Of a stretch of 44,221 nt of DNA, positions 1-8,955 are shown in pieces. The position numbers were made by a program, and so were the translations under genes. The notes below the pieces were generated by a model. The model was given only the letters and a program-made list of their open reading frames with translations. It was not told the origin of the DNA and searched no databases. The DNA comes from an uncultured Opitutia bacterium (GTDB taxonomy: Bacteria; Verrucomicrobiota; Verrucomicrobiia; Opitutales; Opitutaceae), in NCBI GenBank assembly GCA_903869955.1, contig CAIQBC010000130.1, positions 1 through 44,221 on the forward strand. The letters run 5' to 3'. Numbering within the stretch: the first letter of the stretch is position 1; the number at the start of each line of letters is the position of its first letter.

Positions 1-2
1 CG

Positions 3-1055
3 CACCTCAACGCCTTCCGCGAGGCGCTGGTTGAGACGCTCCGCAATTTTTTCAAGCGGGACTACGATGCCGCCGACATCCGCCAGTCCATTGACGCCGC
101 CGTCGCCGTGCGCGTGATGGAGCCGGTCTTCGAGTCGCAGACGAAGACGAAGCTTGGTTCCGCCGCCGTCGCGCCCGACGGGCCGTCGCTGAAGGAATTT
201 GTGGGCAAGTTCATGCAGCAGTCGCTCGACGGCTATCTGCACAAGAACCGGGAGACGGCCGACGCGCTGCGCCAGAAAATCGAGGCGAGCGAGATCGAGC
301 GCAAGGAGCTCGCCGGCATCCGCGGTCTCGCCCGCGAGCGGGCGAAGAAAGCCTCGCTCCACAACCGCAAGCTCCGCGACTGCCGGCTCCACCTTGGCGA
401 CCGCAGCGAACGCGCCGAGGAGAGCACGCTGTTCATCGTCGAGGGCGACAGCGCCGCCGGCTCGCTCACCGCCACGCGCGACGTGCAGACGCAGGCGGTC
501 TTTGCGCTGAAGGGCAAGCCGCTCAACACCCACGGCCTTTCGAAAAAAGTCATCTACGAGAACGAGGAATTTCACCTCCTCCAGTCCGCGCTCAACCTGG
601 AGGACGGCCTCGACGGCCTGCGCTACAACCGCGTGGTCATCGCCACCGACGCCGACGTGGACGGCATGCACATCCGCCTGCTGCTGATCTCGTTTTTCCT
701 GCAATTTTTTCCGGACCTCATCCGGCAGGGGCATCTGTTTATCCTGGAGACGCCGCTCTTCCGCGTGCGCAACAAAAAGGAGACGCGCTACTGCTACAGT
801 GAGCAGGAGAAGCAGGCGGCGGTCGCCGCGCTCGGCGTGACCCATGAGATCACGCGTTTCAAGGGGCTGGGCGAAATCTCGGCGGGCGAATTTAAGGATT
901 TTATCGGCGAGAATATCCGGCTGGAGCCGGTCTCGATGAACCACCTCGCCAGCAGCGACGAGCTGCTCGGCTTCTTCATGGGCAAAAACACGCCCGAGCG
1001 GCAGGACTTCATCATCGGCAACCTCCGCGTCGAAAAAGACCTCGTTACCACTTAA
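3..1055 (+). CDS. Type IIA DNA topoisomerase subunit B (ParE/GyrB-like), C-terminal part; the 5' end lies outside the window
   Basis: The frame is open from nt 3; track ORF 108..1055 is its tail. Motifs: [11 protein letters not shown] (QTK loop), [14 protein letters not shown] and [13 protein letters not shown]. The A-subunit gene starts 12 nt downstream. Confidence 0.9.
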   Translation, partial: HLNAFREALVETLRNFFKRDYDAADIRQSIDAAVAVRVMEPVFESQTKTKLGSAAVAPDGPSLKEFVGKFMQQSLDGYLHKNRETADALRQKIEASEIERKELAGIRGLARERAKKASLHNRKLRDCRLHLGDRSERAEESTLFIVEGDSAAGSLTATRDVQTQAVFALKGKPLNTHGLSKKVIYENEEFHLLQSALNLEDGLDGLRYNRVVIATDADVDGMHIRLLLISFFLQFFPDLIRQGHLFILETPLFRVRNKKETRYCYSEQEKQAAVAALGVTHEITRFKGLGEISAGEFKDFIGENIRLEPVSMNHLASSDELLGFFMGKNTPERQDFIIGNLRVEKDLVTT

Positions 1056-1067
1056 AGACTCCTCCCG

Positions 1068-3263
1068 ATGGCCAAACGTAAGAAATCCTCCAACGACCAG
1101 CCCGAGTTCCCGCTCGATGCGCCCGTGGCCGGTGACCCCGGCCCGGTCGCGGCGAAGCCGGCTTCGGTCTCAAACGTGAAGGCAAAGGCCAAAGATTCGG
1201 CTCCCGCTCCCATTTCGTCTTCCTCCGCACCCGAGCCGGCGCCGCCTCCTGCCCCGAATCTGTCGGGCGGGCCGCGGCGCAAGGGCGAAAAAATCCAGGA
1301 CGATCCGGCCCCCCTCGCGAGACACTACCGCAACTGGTTCCTCGAATACGCCAGCTACGTCATCCTCGACCGCGCCGTCCCGCATCTCGACGACGGCCTC
1401 AAGCCCGTCCAGCGCCGCGTGCTTCACACGCTCTGGGATATGGACGACGGCCGTTTCCACAAGGTCGCCAATGTCGTCGGCGCAACCATGAAGCTCCATC
1501 CGCATGGCGACGCCTCCATCGGTGCCGCGCTCGTCGCCATCGCCCAGCGGGGCTGGCTCATCGAGCCGCAGGGCAACTTCGGCAATGCGCTCACCGGCGA
1601 CGATGCCGCCGCCCCGCGTTACATTGAGGCCCGTCTCACGCCCGTCGCCCGCGAGGTGCTTTTCAATCCCAAGACCACCACCTGGCAGCTCAGTTACGAC
1701 GGCCGCAATAAGGAGCCCATCACGTTGCCTGCTAAGTTCCCTATTGTCCTCCTCGAAGGTGCGGACGGCATCGCCGTCGGCCTCTCGACCAAGATCCTCC
1801 CGCACAATTTCAACGACCTCTGCCGCGCCGCCATCAACCACCTTCAGGGAAAAACCTTCCGCATCTTCCCCGATTTTCCCACCGGCGGCACCGCCGATTT
1901 CACCGAATACAACGACGGCGAGCGCGGTGGCAAGGTGAAGGTCCGCGCCCAGATCGAGGCCCGCTCCAAAACCCTCCTCGCCATCACCGGGCTGCCCTAT
2001 GGTGTCACCACCGAGTCGCTCATCGAGTCCATCCTCGCCGCCAACGCGAAGGGCAAAATCAAGATCAAGCACGTGGATGACAACACCGCCGATGCCGTCG
2101 AGATCCTCGTCCACCTCCCGCCTGGCAGCGACCCCGCGCAGGTTATCCAGCAGCTCTACGTTTTCACCGCCTGCCAGACCGCCCTTTCCCCTGCTGCCTG
2201 CGTCATTGTGCGCGACGAAAAAACCGGCGACGACCGGCCGCAGTTCCTCGGCGTGCGTGAGCTGCTCAAGCGCAGCGTGGACGCGACCCGGGAGCTTCTC
2301 AAACGCGAGCTGGAAATCAAACTCGCCGAGCTGGAGCAGCAATGGCACTGGGACTCGCTCGAGCGCATTTTCATCGAGGAGCGGATCTACCGCCGCATCG
2401 AGAAATCCAAGACGTGGGAGAACGTCCTCGCCGAGATCCGCGAGGGCCTTCAGCCGTTTCTGAAACAGCTCCGCCGCGAGGTCACCGACGACGATGTCGC
2501 CCGCCTCACCGAGATCCGCATCAAGCGCATCTCCGCCTACAACCGCTTTCAGGCCGACGAGGCCATGAAGAAGATCGAGGAGGGCATGAAGGAGACCAAG
2601 GCGAACCTGAAACGTCTCACCGACTACACCATCGCATGGTTCGAGCTGTTGCAGGAAAAATACGGCAAGGGCCTCAGGCGCCGCACGACCTACGACGAGA
2701 TCGAGCAGATCAGCGCCGCCGCTGTCGTCTCGGCCAACCAGCGCCTCTACGTCAACCGCGAGGACGGCTTCATCGGCCTGAACTGGCGGCAGCACGAGTT
2801 CGTCACCGAGTGTACCATCCTCGACAGCGTGCTCACCATCATGGGCGACGCCTCGCTCAAGGTCTCCAAGGTCGCCGAAAAGACCTTCATGGGCCGCGAG
2901 ATCAGGCACATCGCCATCTGGCCCGCCGACGGTGACACCAAATTCTACACCATGATCTACCGGGACGGCCCCGAGGGAAAATCCTACGCCAAGAAATTCC
3001 AGATTGGCGGGCTGTCGCGCGACAAGCTATACCCGCTGGCGAAGGCCGAAGGCTCTAGGCTGGTCTGGCTGGAGGTCAGCGACCGCGAGAAGGACATGCC
3101 GAAGACCGTCCACATCTCCCTCGACGGTCGTTCTGGTGCCCGCGTCCGCGAAATTGATTTTGACCTGACCAAAATCCCCGTCAGCACCCGCAATGCGAAA
3201 GGTCTCACCATCACCAAGTGGGCGATCAAAGAAGTGAAGCGCACGGATCTTTCGTTGGGCTAA
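1068..3263 (+). CDS. Type IIA DNA topoisomerase subunit A (ParC/GyrA-like, short C-terminal domain) with a low-complexity N-terminal extension
   Basis: 731-aa ORF with DGLKPVQRRVLH, KLHPHGD and the catalytic-Tyr motif AAPRYIEARL. A coiled-coil region is followed by a short beta-rich tail. Confidence 0.9.
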   Translation: MAKRKKSSNDQPEFPLDAPVAGDPGPVAAKPASVSNVKAKAKDSAPAPISSSSAPEPAPPPAPNLSGGPRRKGEKIQDDPAPLARHYRNWFLEYASYVILDRAVPHLDDGLKPVQRRVLHTLWDMDDGRFHKVANVVGATMKLHPHGDASIGAALVAIAQRGWLIEPQGNFGNALTGDDAAAPRYIEARLTPVAREVLFNPKTTTWQLSYDGRNKEPITLPAKFPIVLLEGADGIAVGLSTKILPHNFNDLCRAAINHLQGKTFRIFPDFPTGGTADFTEYNDGERGGKVKVRAQIEARSKTLLAITGLPYGVTTESLIESILAANAKGKIKIKHVDDNTADAVEILVHLPPGSDPAQVIQQLYVFTACQTALSPAACVIVRDEKTGDDRPQFLGVRELLKRSVDATRELLKRELEIKLAELEQQWHWDSLERIFIEERIYRRIEKSKTWENVLAEIREGLQPFLKQLRREVTDDDVARLTEIRIKRISAYNRFQADEAMKKIEEGMKETKANLKRLTDYTIAWFELLQEKYGKGLRRRTTYDEIEQISAAAVVSANQRLYVNREDGFIGLNWRQHEFVTECTILDSVLTIMGDASLKVSKVAEKTFMGREIRHIAIWPADGDTKFYTMIYRDGPEGKSYAKKFQIGGLSRDKLYPLAKAEGSRLVWLEVSDREKDMPKTVHISLDGRSGARVREIDFDLTKIPVSTRNAKGLTITKWAIKEVKRTDLSLG

Positions 3264-3448
3264 AATCGCGAGCTTCTCTTATCCGGAGGGATTAAAATGG
3301 AACTTTACTTTACCGGAGACATCGATAGCTGATGGCGTTGGTGCCGGAGTCAAAATTTACGGCCGTGTGGATTTATGTTCAGATGGTCCCCTGCTGCGAT
3401 TGATTGGAATTAATCTATATATTATAATCTGTATTATTTTAAAATAAA

Positions 3449-3952
3449 ATGAAAATTCACTTTACCCCATACATTGCTTTATTCGTCGTGCTGAGTAATT
3501 TATTCGTGAGTTGTTCAAAAAAGATTGATGTTGATTTAGCCCGCTTGAATGAACAAAATCTTTGCCGTGCCTTTGTCTTGGCGGCGACCGCTAACAATAG
3601 CGCTGTTTTGGAGCAATTATACTGGCCGGGATCGAATAAAGAATTGTTGGATATTGAAATCAGTGATATGATGCGAGGATTCAACGGCGGGAGTGATTTC
3701 GGAGGAAAATCAACTTTCGTTGATTTCGAATTTGTTTCGCTTGATCTATATCACCAGTCATTCGACGAAACTATTTGGCATGATAGGAACGGCAGGCGGA
3801 TATCCAACGGCGAAATTCCGGCGAAAGTAGTTCGCTTTAATTTCATCCTGTCTGCATCCGGTCTCAGCACAACTGGTCACATGACTCTGTTCCAGACCAT
3901 CGTTATGCACGACGGGAAGTATTATTTTAATTCCATCAAATACGCCAAGTGA
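3449..3952 (+). CDS. Hypothetical lipoprotein encoded in an AT-rich islet
   Basis: 167-aa ORF and the only long ORF in the AT-rich stretch. The N-terminus MKIHFTPYIALFVVLSNLFVSCSKK looks like a signal peptide with a lipobox Cys. I recognise no family. Confidence 0.6.
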   Translation: MKIHFTPYIALFVVLSNLFVSCSKKIDVDLARLNEQNLCRAFVLAATANNSAVLEQLYWPGSNKELLDIEISDMMRGFNGGSDFGGKSTFVDFEFVSLDLYHQSFDETIWHDRNGRRISNGEIPAKVVRFNFILSASGLSTTGHMTLFQTIVMHDGKYYFNSIKYAK

Positions 3953-4030
3953 TCTGTTCCCGGCCGAATTGACGTCGGTGATTTGGCGGAATGAAGGTAA
4001 GCGTCGCTCCGGGTGCCCCCTTGACAGAGG

Positions 4031-4080
4031 CGTAACTACGAGAGGTGCGGCAGAATCGGGCTGGAAGTCTCGTAGTTACG
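4031..4080. repeat. 13-bp perfect inverted repeat CGTAACTACGAGA / TCTCGTAGTTACG with a 24-nt spacer, plus a third half-site
   Basis: Arms at 4031..4043 and 4068..4080. The core AACTACGA recurs in direct orientation at 4083..4090. It lies in the 271-nt spacer between convergent genes. Confidence 0.9.
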
Positions 4081-4223
4081 GGAACTACGACCCGCTGGTA
4101 GCGCGCGGTTGCCACCGGGATGGCAGCAGGGGCCGCAGATCATCCTGGAGGTCAGGCCCGGCAGCCGGGAGAGCACATCCTTGAGGTAAGCATGGGGGTT
4201 AGCTCCGCAGAACTCCCGTTACA

Positions 4224-5609
4224 TCACGGGGGAGGGGCCGAGATCGCCCTGCTGGCGGGGGGCGGGGCGGGCAGACGGCCGGTGAGACGGGCGATGCATT
4301 TGATGGCATAGTAATAGGATCGCTCGCGCACCAACTGCGGATCGCCCGCCGTACCCGCCACGCCGAGCTCGGACACATCCTGCAGGACCGTGCCCTCGTC
4401 CGGGTGCAGCGCGATCCAAGCGAGCATTTTGATGAGCTGTTCCTGAGGGAAAACGGCTTGCAGATGCGCCAGCACCACGCCGGGGATGTAGCGCTCGGAG
4501 GCCTGCTGCGTGATGTCGGCCACGGCCGCCACACAAAGCAGATTCCGCACGCGCTGGAGATCATCCCCGCGCGCGCCCGGCTCCCAATCGGGCAGCGCGT
4601 CACGCACTGCATTGACTTGCTCCTCCGCGAACGCGTCGGGCAGCTCGTCCTCGGGGGCAAACGGTGCCACGACGCCGTAGTCGCCCGGCCCCCGTAAATC
4701 CAGTGCGGCAATGTCCTTCGGCGTGAGCTTTTTCCACGGAGACAGCGGGTCCGCCGGCACGACGGCTGGTGCGACCACGACCGTCACCGCCCCCCGGTCG
4801 CGCACGCCCGCCAAGGAACCGGCAACCAGCCACACGGCTAGGATGAGCGCCAACCAGCCCTTGCCCCGCAGCGTGGCAAAGCGCTGCCCGAGATCCCAGC
4901 GGAACAGCTTCATCGCGGCCAGGGCGGCGGCGAGGCCGGTGAGGGCGAGCACCGGCAGTTGAAAAGACAGCGCGGACAGGTCTGCGCCGGTTGCCGCCGC
5001 CTGCATCGCCTCCACCGCATAGCGGCCCGGGAAAAAATTGGCGAGGCGCTGCGCCCATTCCGGCAGGCTGGCAAGGGGCACCGCCACGCCACCGATCACC
5101 AGCATGGGGAGAAACACGCACTGCCCGAGCGCCTGCACGGCCGGCACCGTGTCCGCCAGCATCGCCAGCAACAGCCCGAGCCCGATGAACGCCAGCGCGG
5201 AGACCGCGAAGGCCGCGGCCAGCGCCACCGGGTGGGTCGGCATCGGCAGGCCGAAGGCCAAGGCGGTAGCGAGCTGCAGCAGACCCGCGCTCGCGATGAT
5301 GCCGAACCGAGCGACGATCGTGCTGGTCAGCAGCACCCCCAGCGGCACCGGGGTCAGCCGGTAACGCCGCCAGACGCCCTGCTCGCGTTCGCTGACCAGG
5401 GTGGTTGGCAGGCCGAAGCACGCGCCGCCAAGAATCGTGACGGTGAGCAGTTCCCCAAGATGCCGGTGCAGCGGCACCGCCTCGTTCCGGTAAAGCACCA
5501 AAAAAACGCCCAGAAACATCAGCGGGAAAACATAGCCGTAGGCTAGGGCCATGCGGTTGCGCAGGTGCAAACGCCATGAGACGGCGAGATGCGTGAGAAA
5601 GCCTTTCAT
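4224..5609 (-). CDS. ABC-2 type transporter permease fused to a ~190-aa C-terminal domain of unknown function
   Basis: 461 aa. The N-terminal ~250 aa are hydrophobic multi-pass and ABC-2-like. One more TM helix (GWLALILAVWLVAGSLAGV) is followed by a soluble tail. Its start overlaps the upstream ATPase stop by 4 nt. Confidence 0.8.
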   Translation of the reverse strand: MKGFLTHLAVSWRLHLRNRMALAYGYVFPLMFLGVFLVLYRNEAVPLHRHLGELLTVTILGGACFGLPTTLVSEREQGVWRRYRLTPVPLGVLLTSTIVARFGIIASAGLLQLATALAFGLPMPTHPVALAAAFAVSALAFIGLGLLLAMLADTVPAVQALGQCVFLPMLVIGGVAVPLASLPEWAQRLANFFPGRYAVEAMQAAATGADLSALSFQLPVLALTGLAAALAAMKLFRWDLGQRFATLRGKGWLALILAVWLVAGSLAGVRDRGAVTVVVAPAVVPADPLSPWKKLTPKDIAALDLRGPGDYGVVAPFAPEDELPDAFAEEQVNAVRDALPDWEPGARGDDLQRVRNLLCVAAVADITQQASERYIPGVVLAHLQAVFPQEQLIKMLAWIALHPDEGTVLQDVSELGVAGTAGDPQLVRERSYYYAIKCIARLTGRLPAPPPASRAISAPPP

Positions 5610-6538
5610 GGCGAAGAGGCCTCCGGGGAAGCTGGTGCGGTGGTGAGCCGGAGGAAGACCGACTCTAGCGAAGCCGGCCTCACCTGTAGTTCAACCAGCC
5701 CGAGAGATTGTTCCGCCAACAGGGCCGTGATGCCCGCAAGGGTGGCGACCGCGTCGGCCGTCTCCCACCGCGCCGTGCTGCCCTCAAGCGTCACCACCCC
5801 ACCCTCAGCCAGTTGGGCGAGCCGCGCGGGATCGGGCGGCCGGGCCGTCACCAGCGTGACCGATTGCCTCGCCCGCGCCCGCGCCACTAGCTCGCGCGGG
5901 GTGCCAATGGCGACGACCCGGCCTTGGTTCACGATGGCGATCCGGTCGCACAACTGCTCGGCCTCGGCCAGCTCATGGGTGGAGAGCAGCACGGTATGTC
6001 CGGCCGTCTTCATGCGCGCGATCTCGTCCCGGATTTCCCGGCGAGCCTGCGGATCAAGCCCGGAGGTGGGCTCGTCCAGCACCACCAGCTCGGGCCGGTT
6101 CACAAAGGCCAGCGCGAGCGAGACCCGTTGCCGCTGTCCGCCGGAGAGCGTTTCGAGGGGGCGGTCGGCCTGGGCCGTCAGATCAAAACGCGTCAGCAGA
6201 GTTTCGGGTGCAGCTGCATGCTCGTAAAACGAGCCGAACAGACGCAACGCTTCGCGCGGCGTGATGCGGCCCGGGAGCGAGGGAGACTGCGGCGCGACGC
6301 CGATCTTTTGCTTGGCGGCCGCCGGCTGCCGCCGCAGGTCGAGTCCGCCAATGGATATTTCACCCTGATCGGGTTCGCGCAAACCGACCAGGCACTCAAT
6401 CGTGGTGGTCTTGCCCGCACCGTTTGGGCCGAGCAGGCCGAAGACCTCGCCCCGCTCGAGTTCGAGGCTTAGCTCACGCACCGCCTCGACCGCGCCGTAG
6501 CGCTTGGACAAAGAGTGGATGCTAACATGGGCGGGCAT
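5606..6538 (-). CDS. ABC transporter ATP-binding protein (DrrA/ABC-2 type)
   Basis: Walker A GPNGAGKTT, signature LSGGQRQR, Walker B VVLDEPTSGLD, H-loop STHEL. Confidence 0.95.
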   Translation of the reverse strand: MPAHVSIHSLSKRYGAVEAVRELSLELERGEVFGLLGPNGAGKTTTIECLVGLREPDQGEISIGGLDLRRQPAAAKQKIGVAPQSPSLPGRITPREALRLFGSFYEHAAAPETLLTRFDLTAQADRPLETLSGGQRQRVSLALAFVNRPELVVLDEPTSGLDPQARREIRDEIARMKTAGHTVLLSTHELAEAEQLCDRIAIVNQGRVVAIGTPRELVARARARQSVTLVTARPPDPARLAQLAEGGVVTLEGSTARWETADAVATLAGITALLAEQSLGLVELQVRPASLESVFLRLTTAPASPEASSP

Positions 6539-6718
6539 GATAGTCTTTTACGAATGGCGTGGCATTCTGGTCGCCACCGTCGGTCTCAATGGCGTGAGGG
6601 TGTTGGTCACGAGCATGGGGCCATATGAAGCTCACCCTGAAGCTGCCCACAAGGCGTTTCTCCCCGCTTGCCAGCTCCGCACCCTTTCCGCATAGCCTGT
6701 CGGGCGCTTCATACCGCC

Positions 6719-6964
6719 ATGCCCAAGCTCACTCCCCGCCTCATCCACCACAAGGACGGCTCGCTCTGGGCCAAGTGCTGGCTGATGGCCGGCCAGATGC
6801 ACGGCCATTGGGAATGGTTTCGTAAGGACGGCACGCGGATGCGCTCCGGACATTTCGACCGCGAGGTACAGTGCGGCGAATGGATCACCTACGACCAACA
6901 GGGCAGGGTTCGTAAGGTCACCCAGATGAAACCGCAGGGCGCGCCGCGCGTCGCCAAAAAATGA
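6719..6964 (+). CDS. Small MORN-repeat (YwqK-like) protein
   Basis: HGHWEWFRKDGTRMRSGHFDREVQCGEWITYDQQGRV is a MORN-variant repeat pattern. I prefer the ATG at 6719 over the TTG at 6668. The stop overlaps the next start (ATGA). Confidence 0.6.
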   Translation: MPKLTPRLIHHKDGSLWAKCWLMAGQMHGHWEWFRKDGTRMRSGHFDREVQCGEWITYDQQGRVRKVTQMKPQGAPRVAKK

Positions 6965-7611
6965 ACCGTCTCCTCGCCGCCGCCTTTGGCCTGCTTCTCG
7001 CCGGCTGCGTCACCCATGAGCCGCGCAATCTCGACGCGGCCAAGGCTGCCGTCCGCCACTACCGTGACTCGGGCGATTACGACCGCGATATCGGCACCGT
7101 CGTCGCTCAGGCCAAGGCGTGGATCGAAACCCGTGCCGGCCGCCACGCGCCCGGTGAAAAGCTCGCCCTCGTCCTCGACATTGACGAGACCGCGCTTTCG
7201 AACTTCCCCTACATGAAGACTCACGACTTCGGCTGGGACGATGGGTCATGGAACGCGTGGATCGCCGCCGGCGAAGCGCCGGCCATCGCCCCGGTGCGCG
7301 AGGTTTTTGCCACCGCGCAGCGGCTCGGGGTGGCGGTATTTTTCATCACCGGCCGCGAGGAGCCGCGCGACCGGCCCGGCACCGAGAAAAACCTGCGCGC
7401 CGAGGGCATGGGCGACTACGCGCGCCTCATCATGGCCCCCGCCGGCGGCCCCAAGCTCACCAGCGCCCAACGCAAAACCGCCGCTCGTGCCGCGCTGGAG
7501 CGAGAAGGCTGGACGATCATCGCCAACGTCGGCGACCAGGAGAGCGACCTCGTCGGCGGCCACGCCGAGCGCCCCTTCAAGCTCCCCGATCCGTTTTATC
7601 TGACGGAGTGA
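6961..7611 (+). CDS. HAD-superfamily class B acid phosphatase, lipoprotein
   Basis: Lipobox LLLAGC, HAD motif I DIDETALSN, and a C-terminal GDQESD motif. Confidence 0.85.
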   Translation: MNRLLAAAFGLLLAGCVTHEPRNLDAAKAAVRHYRDSGDYDRDIGTVVAQAKAWIETRAGRHAPGEKLALVLDIDETALSNFPYMKTHDFGWDDGSWNAWIAAGEAPAIAPVREVFATAQRLGVAVFFITGREEPRDRPGTEKNLRAEGMGDYARLIMAPAGGPKLTSAQRKTAARAALEREGWTIIANVGDQESDLVGGHAERPFKLPDPFYLTE

Positions 7612-7745
7612 GGTCCGGTAGCGCAGGTTCCGGTCAAGCAACGTGGTCGAGGTGTTGGACGTGGAGGGGGTGCTTTATGCGCCGGGGCGGGCGGCGCGGA
7701 CAAATTGTTTCCCATTCGCCTCCGGCTGTGCAGGCTGCGACCCAC

Positions 7746-8048
7746 ATGGACGACACTTCTCTCACGGGCGCGCAACGCGCCAGCCTGCGCGGCCTCGGTC
7801 AGACGCTCGAGCCCGCGCTCAAGGTCGGCAAAGGCGGGCTGACGCCCGAGTTCTACACGGAGCTTCGCCGGCTGTTTGCCGACCGCGAGCTGGTCAAGCT
7901 GCGCTTCCTCGGTGCCGACCGGCCGACGCGCGCCCAGCTCATCGCGCACATCACCAGCCACGCCGGGTGCGTGCTCGCCGGTGCAGTAGGTCACACGGCC
8001 TTGTTCTACCGGCCGAAACCCACGCCCGCGCCGTCCACGTCGCCATAG
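7746..8048 (+). CDS. yhbY: YhbY-like CRM-domain RNA-binding protein
   Basis: LEPALKVGKGGLTPEF ... LVKLRF ... GHTALFYRP matches the CRS1/YhbY pattern. Only the last 100 codons of track ORF 7248..8048 are used; the ATG is at 7746. Confidence 0.8.
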   Translation: MDDTSLTGAQRASLRGLGQTLEPALKVGKGGLTPEFYTELRRLFADRELVKLRFLGADRPTRAQLIAHITSHAGCVLAGAVGHTALFYRPKPTPAPSTSP

Positions 8049-8223
8049 CAGAAGCCGCGAGGCTTCCGGCGAACCTCGCGCATCCTGCCGGCAATACCCG
8101 CCGGCTACGCGGCTTTGCTGTCGCGAGGGCACGTTTGTCGTTGGAAAAATCGGCCGGGGTTCCACCGTGCGGGCCGTTGACACTTTGGGCGCCTGTTCGC
8201 AGCGTCGCCGGCATGTCCACCCC

Positions 8224-8550
8224 ATGAAAAAACTGATCCCCCGTCTGTTTGCCGTTGCCAGCCTCGCGCTGCCCGCCGCCCTCCGCGCCGCCGACGCGGT
8301 CGCCGCCCCCGCGCCCGTCCCCGCCGCCAACTGGCACTCGCAATCGCTTCTCCAGTCGCTCGCGGCGATGGCGGCCTTTGCCCTCACCGGTACCGTGCTC
8401 GCCATCATCGGCTACAAGCTCTTCGACAAATGCACCCCCGGCGAGCTGCACAAGGAGATCATCGAGCACCGCAACGTCGCCGCCGCCATCATCGCGGGCG
8501 CTGTCATCCTCGGCGTGTGCCTCATCATCGCGGCGTCCATGGTCGGCTGA
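8224..8550 (+). CDS. DUF350 (YjfL-like) small inner-membrane protein
   Basis: Signal-like N-terminus followed by TM segments, with the motif GYKLFDKCTPGELHKEIIEHRNVAAAII typical of DUF350. ATG at 8224. Confidence 0.75.
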   Translation: MKKLIPRLFAVASLALPAALRAADAVAAPAPVPAANWHSQSLLQSLAAMAAFALTGTVLAIIGYKLFDKCTPGELHKEIIEHRNVAAAIIAGAVILGVCLIIAASMVG

Positions 8551-8562
8551 CGTGCGCCCGCC

Positions 8563-8955
8563 GTGAAACGCAGCTCCAGCGTCAAGCTCCTGCTCGCGGG
8601 CGGCCTCGCCGCCGGCGCGCTCACGGCCTGCGGCCCGAAGCCGGCGCGCGTCAGCCCGGAGAGCGTCTATCCCAATGACTACCGGGTGCCGGGCGCGGGC
8701 TATTACCACGCGCCGTTTCACGCGTTCTACGCGCAGCCCTACAATTTTTACGACGCGACGCGGAAACAGTATTTCTACGGCGGCCAGTGGGGCGCGTCGC
8801 CGTTCCAGAGCGTCGTCAACCTCTCCGCGCCCACGCCGGCCGCCGCGAGTCTCGCCGAGGCCGCGCGCACCGACATCTCGCGCGGCGGCTTCGGTGGCAC
8901 GGGCGGCGGCTACTACGGGGGCGGCTACGGGGGCGGTTTTTTCTCCGGCTCCTGA
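8563..8955 (+). CDS. Gly/Tyr-rich lipoprotein, tentatively YjfM/DUF1190-like
   Basis: Lipobox LTACG. The C-terminus RGGFGGTGGGYYGGGYGGGFFSGS is low-complexity. Its position between a DUF350 gene and a GspS-like gene matches E. coli yjfL-yjfM-yjfC. Confidence 0.6.
   Translation: MKRSSSVKLLLAGGLAAGALTACGPKPARVSPESVYPNDYRVPGAGYYHAPFHAFYAQPYNFYDATRKQYFYGGQWGASPFQSVVNLSAPTPAAASLAEAARTDISRGGFGGTGGGYYGGGYGGGFFSGS

Noticed and set aside
1170-2909. 579-aa ORF antisense to the topoisomerase A gene
   Set aside because: It is a GC-driven shadow ORF. The translation is Gly/Ala/Asp/Leu/Arg-rich low-complexity sequence with no motifs, and the opposite strand carries unambiguous ParC/GyrA motifs.
3953-4223. 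Riboswitch-like strings (GGTGCGGCAGAATCGGGCTGG, weakly reminiscent of the cobalamin element core) in the convergent spacer
   Set aside because: The resemblance is partial, with no B12 box. Both flanking genes point into the spacer, so there is no downstream gene to regulate.
3969-4311. Short ORFs 3969..4184 and 4120..4311 in the GC-rich spacer
   Set aside because: Their translations are Arg/Gly/Ser-rich with no features, and they overlap the inverted repeat. I treat the region as non-coding.
7248-7745. N-terminal 166 codons of track ORF 7248..8048
   Set aside because: This part overlaps the HAD phosphatase gene in another frame and is Arg/Pro/Gly-rich. Only the part from ATG 7746 resembles YhbY.
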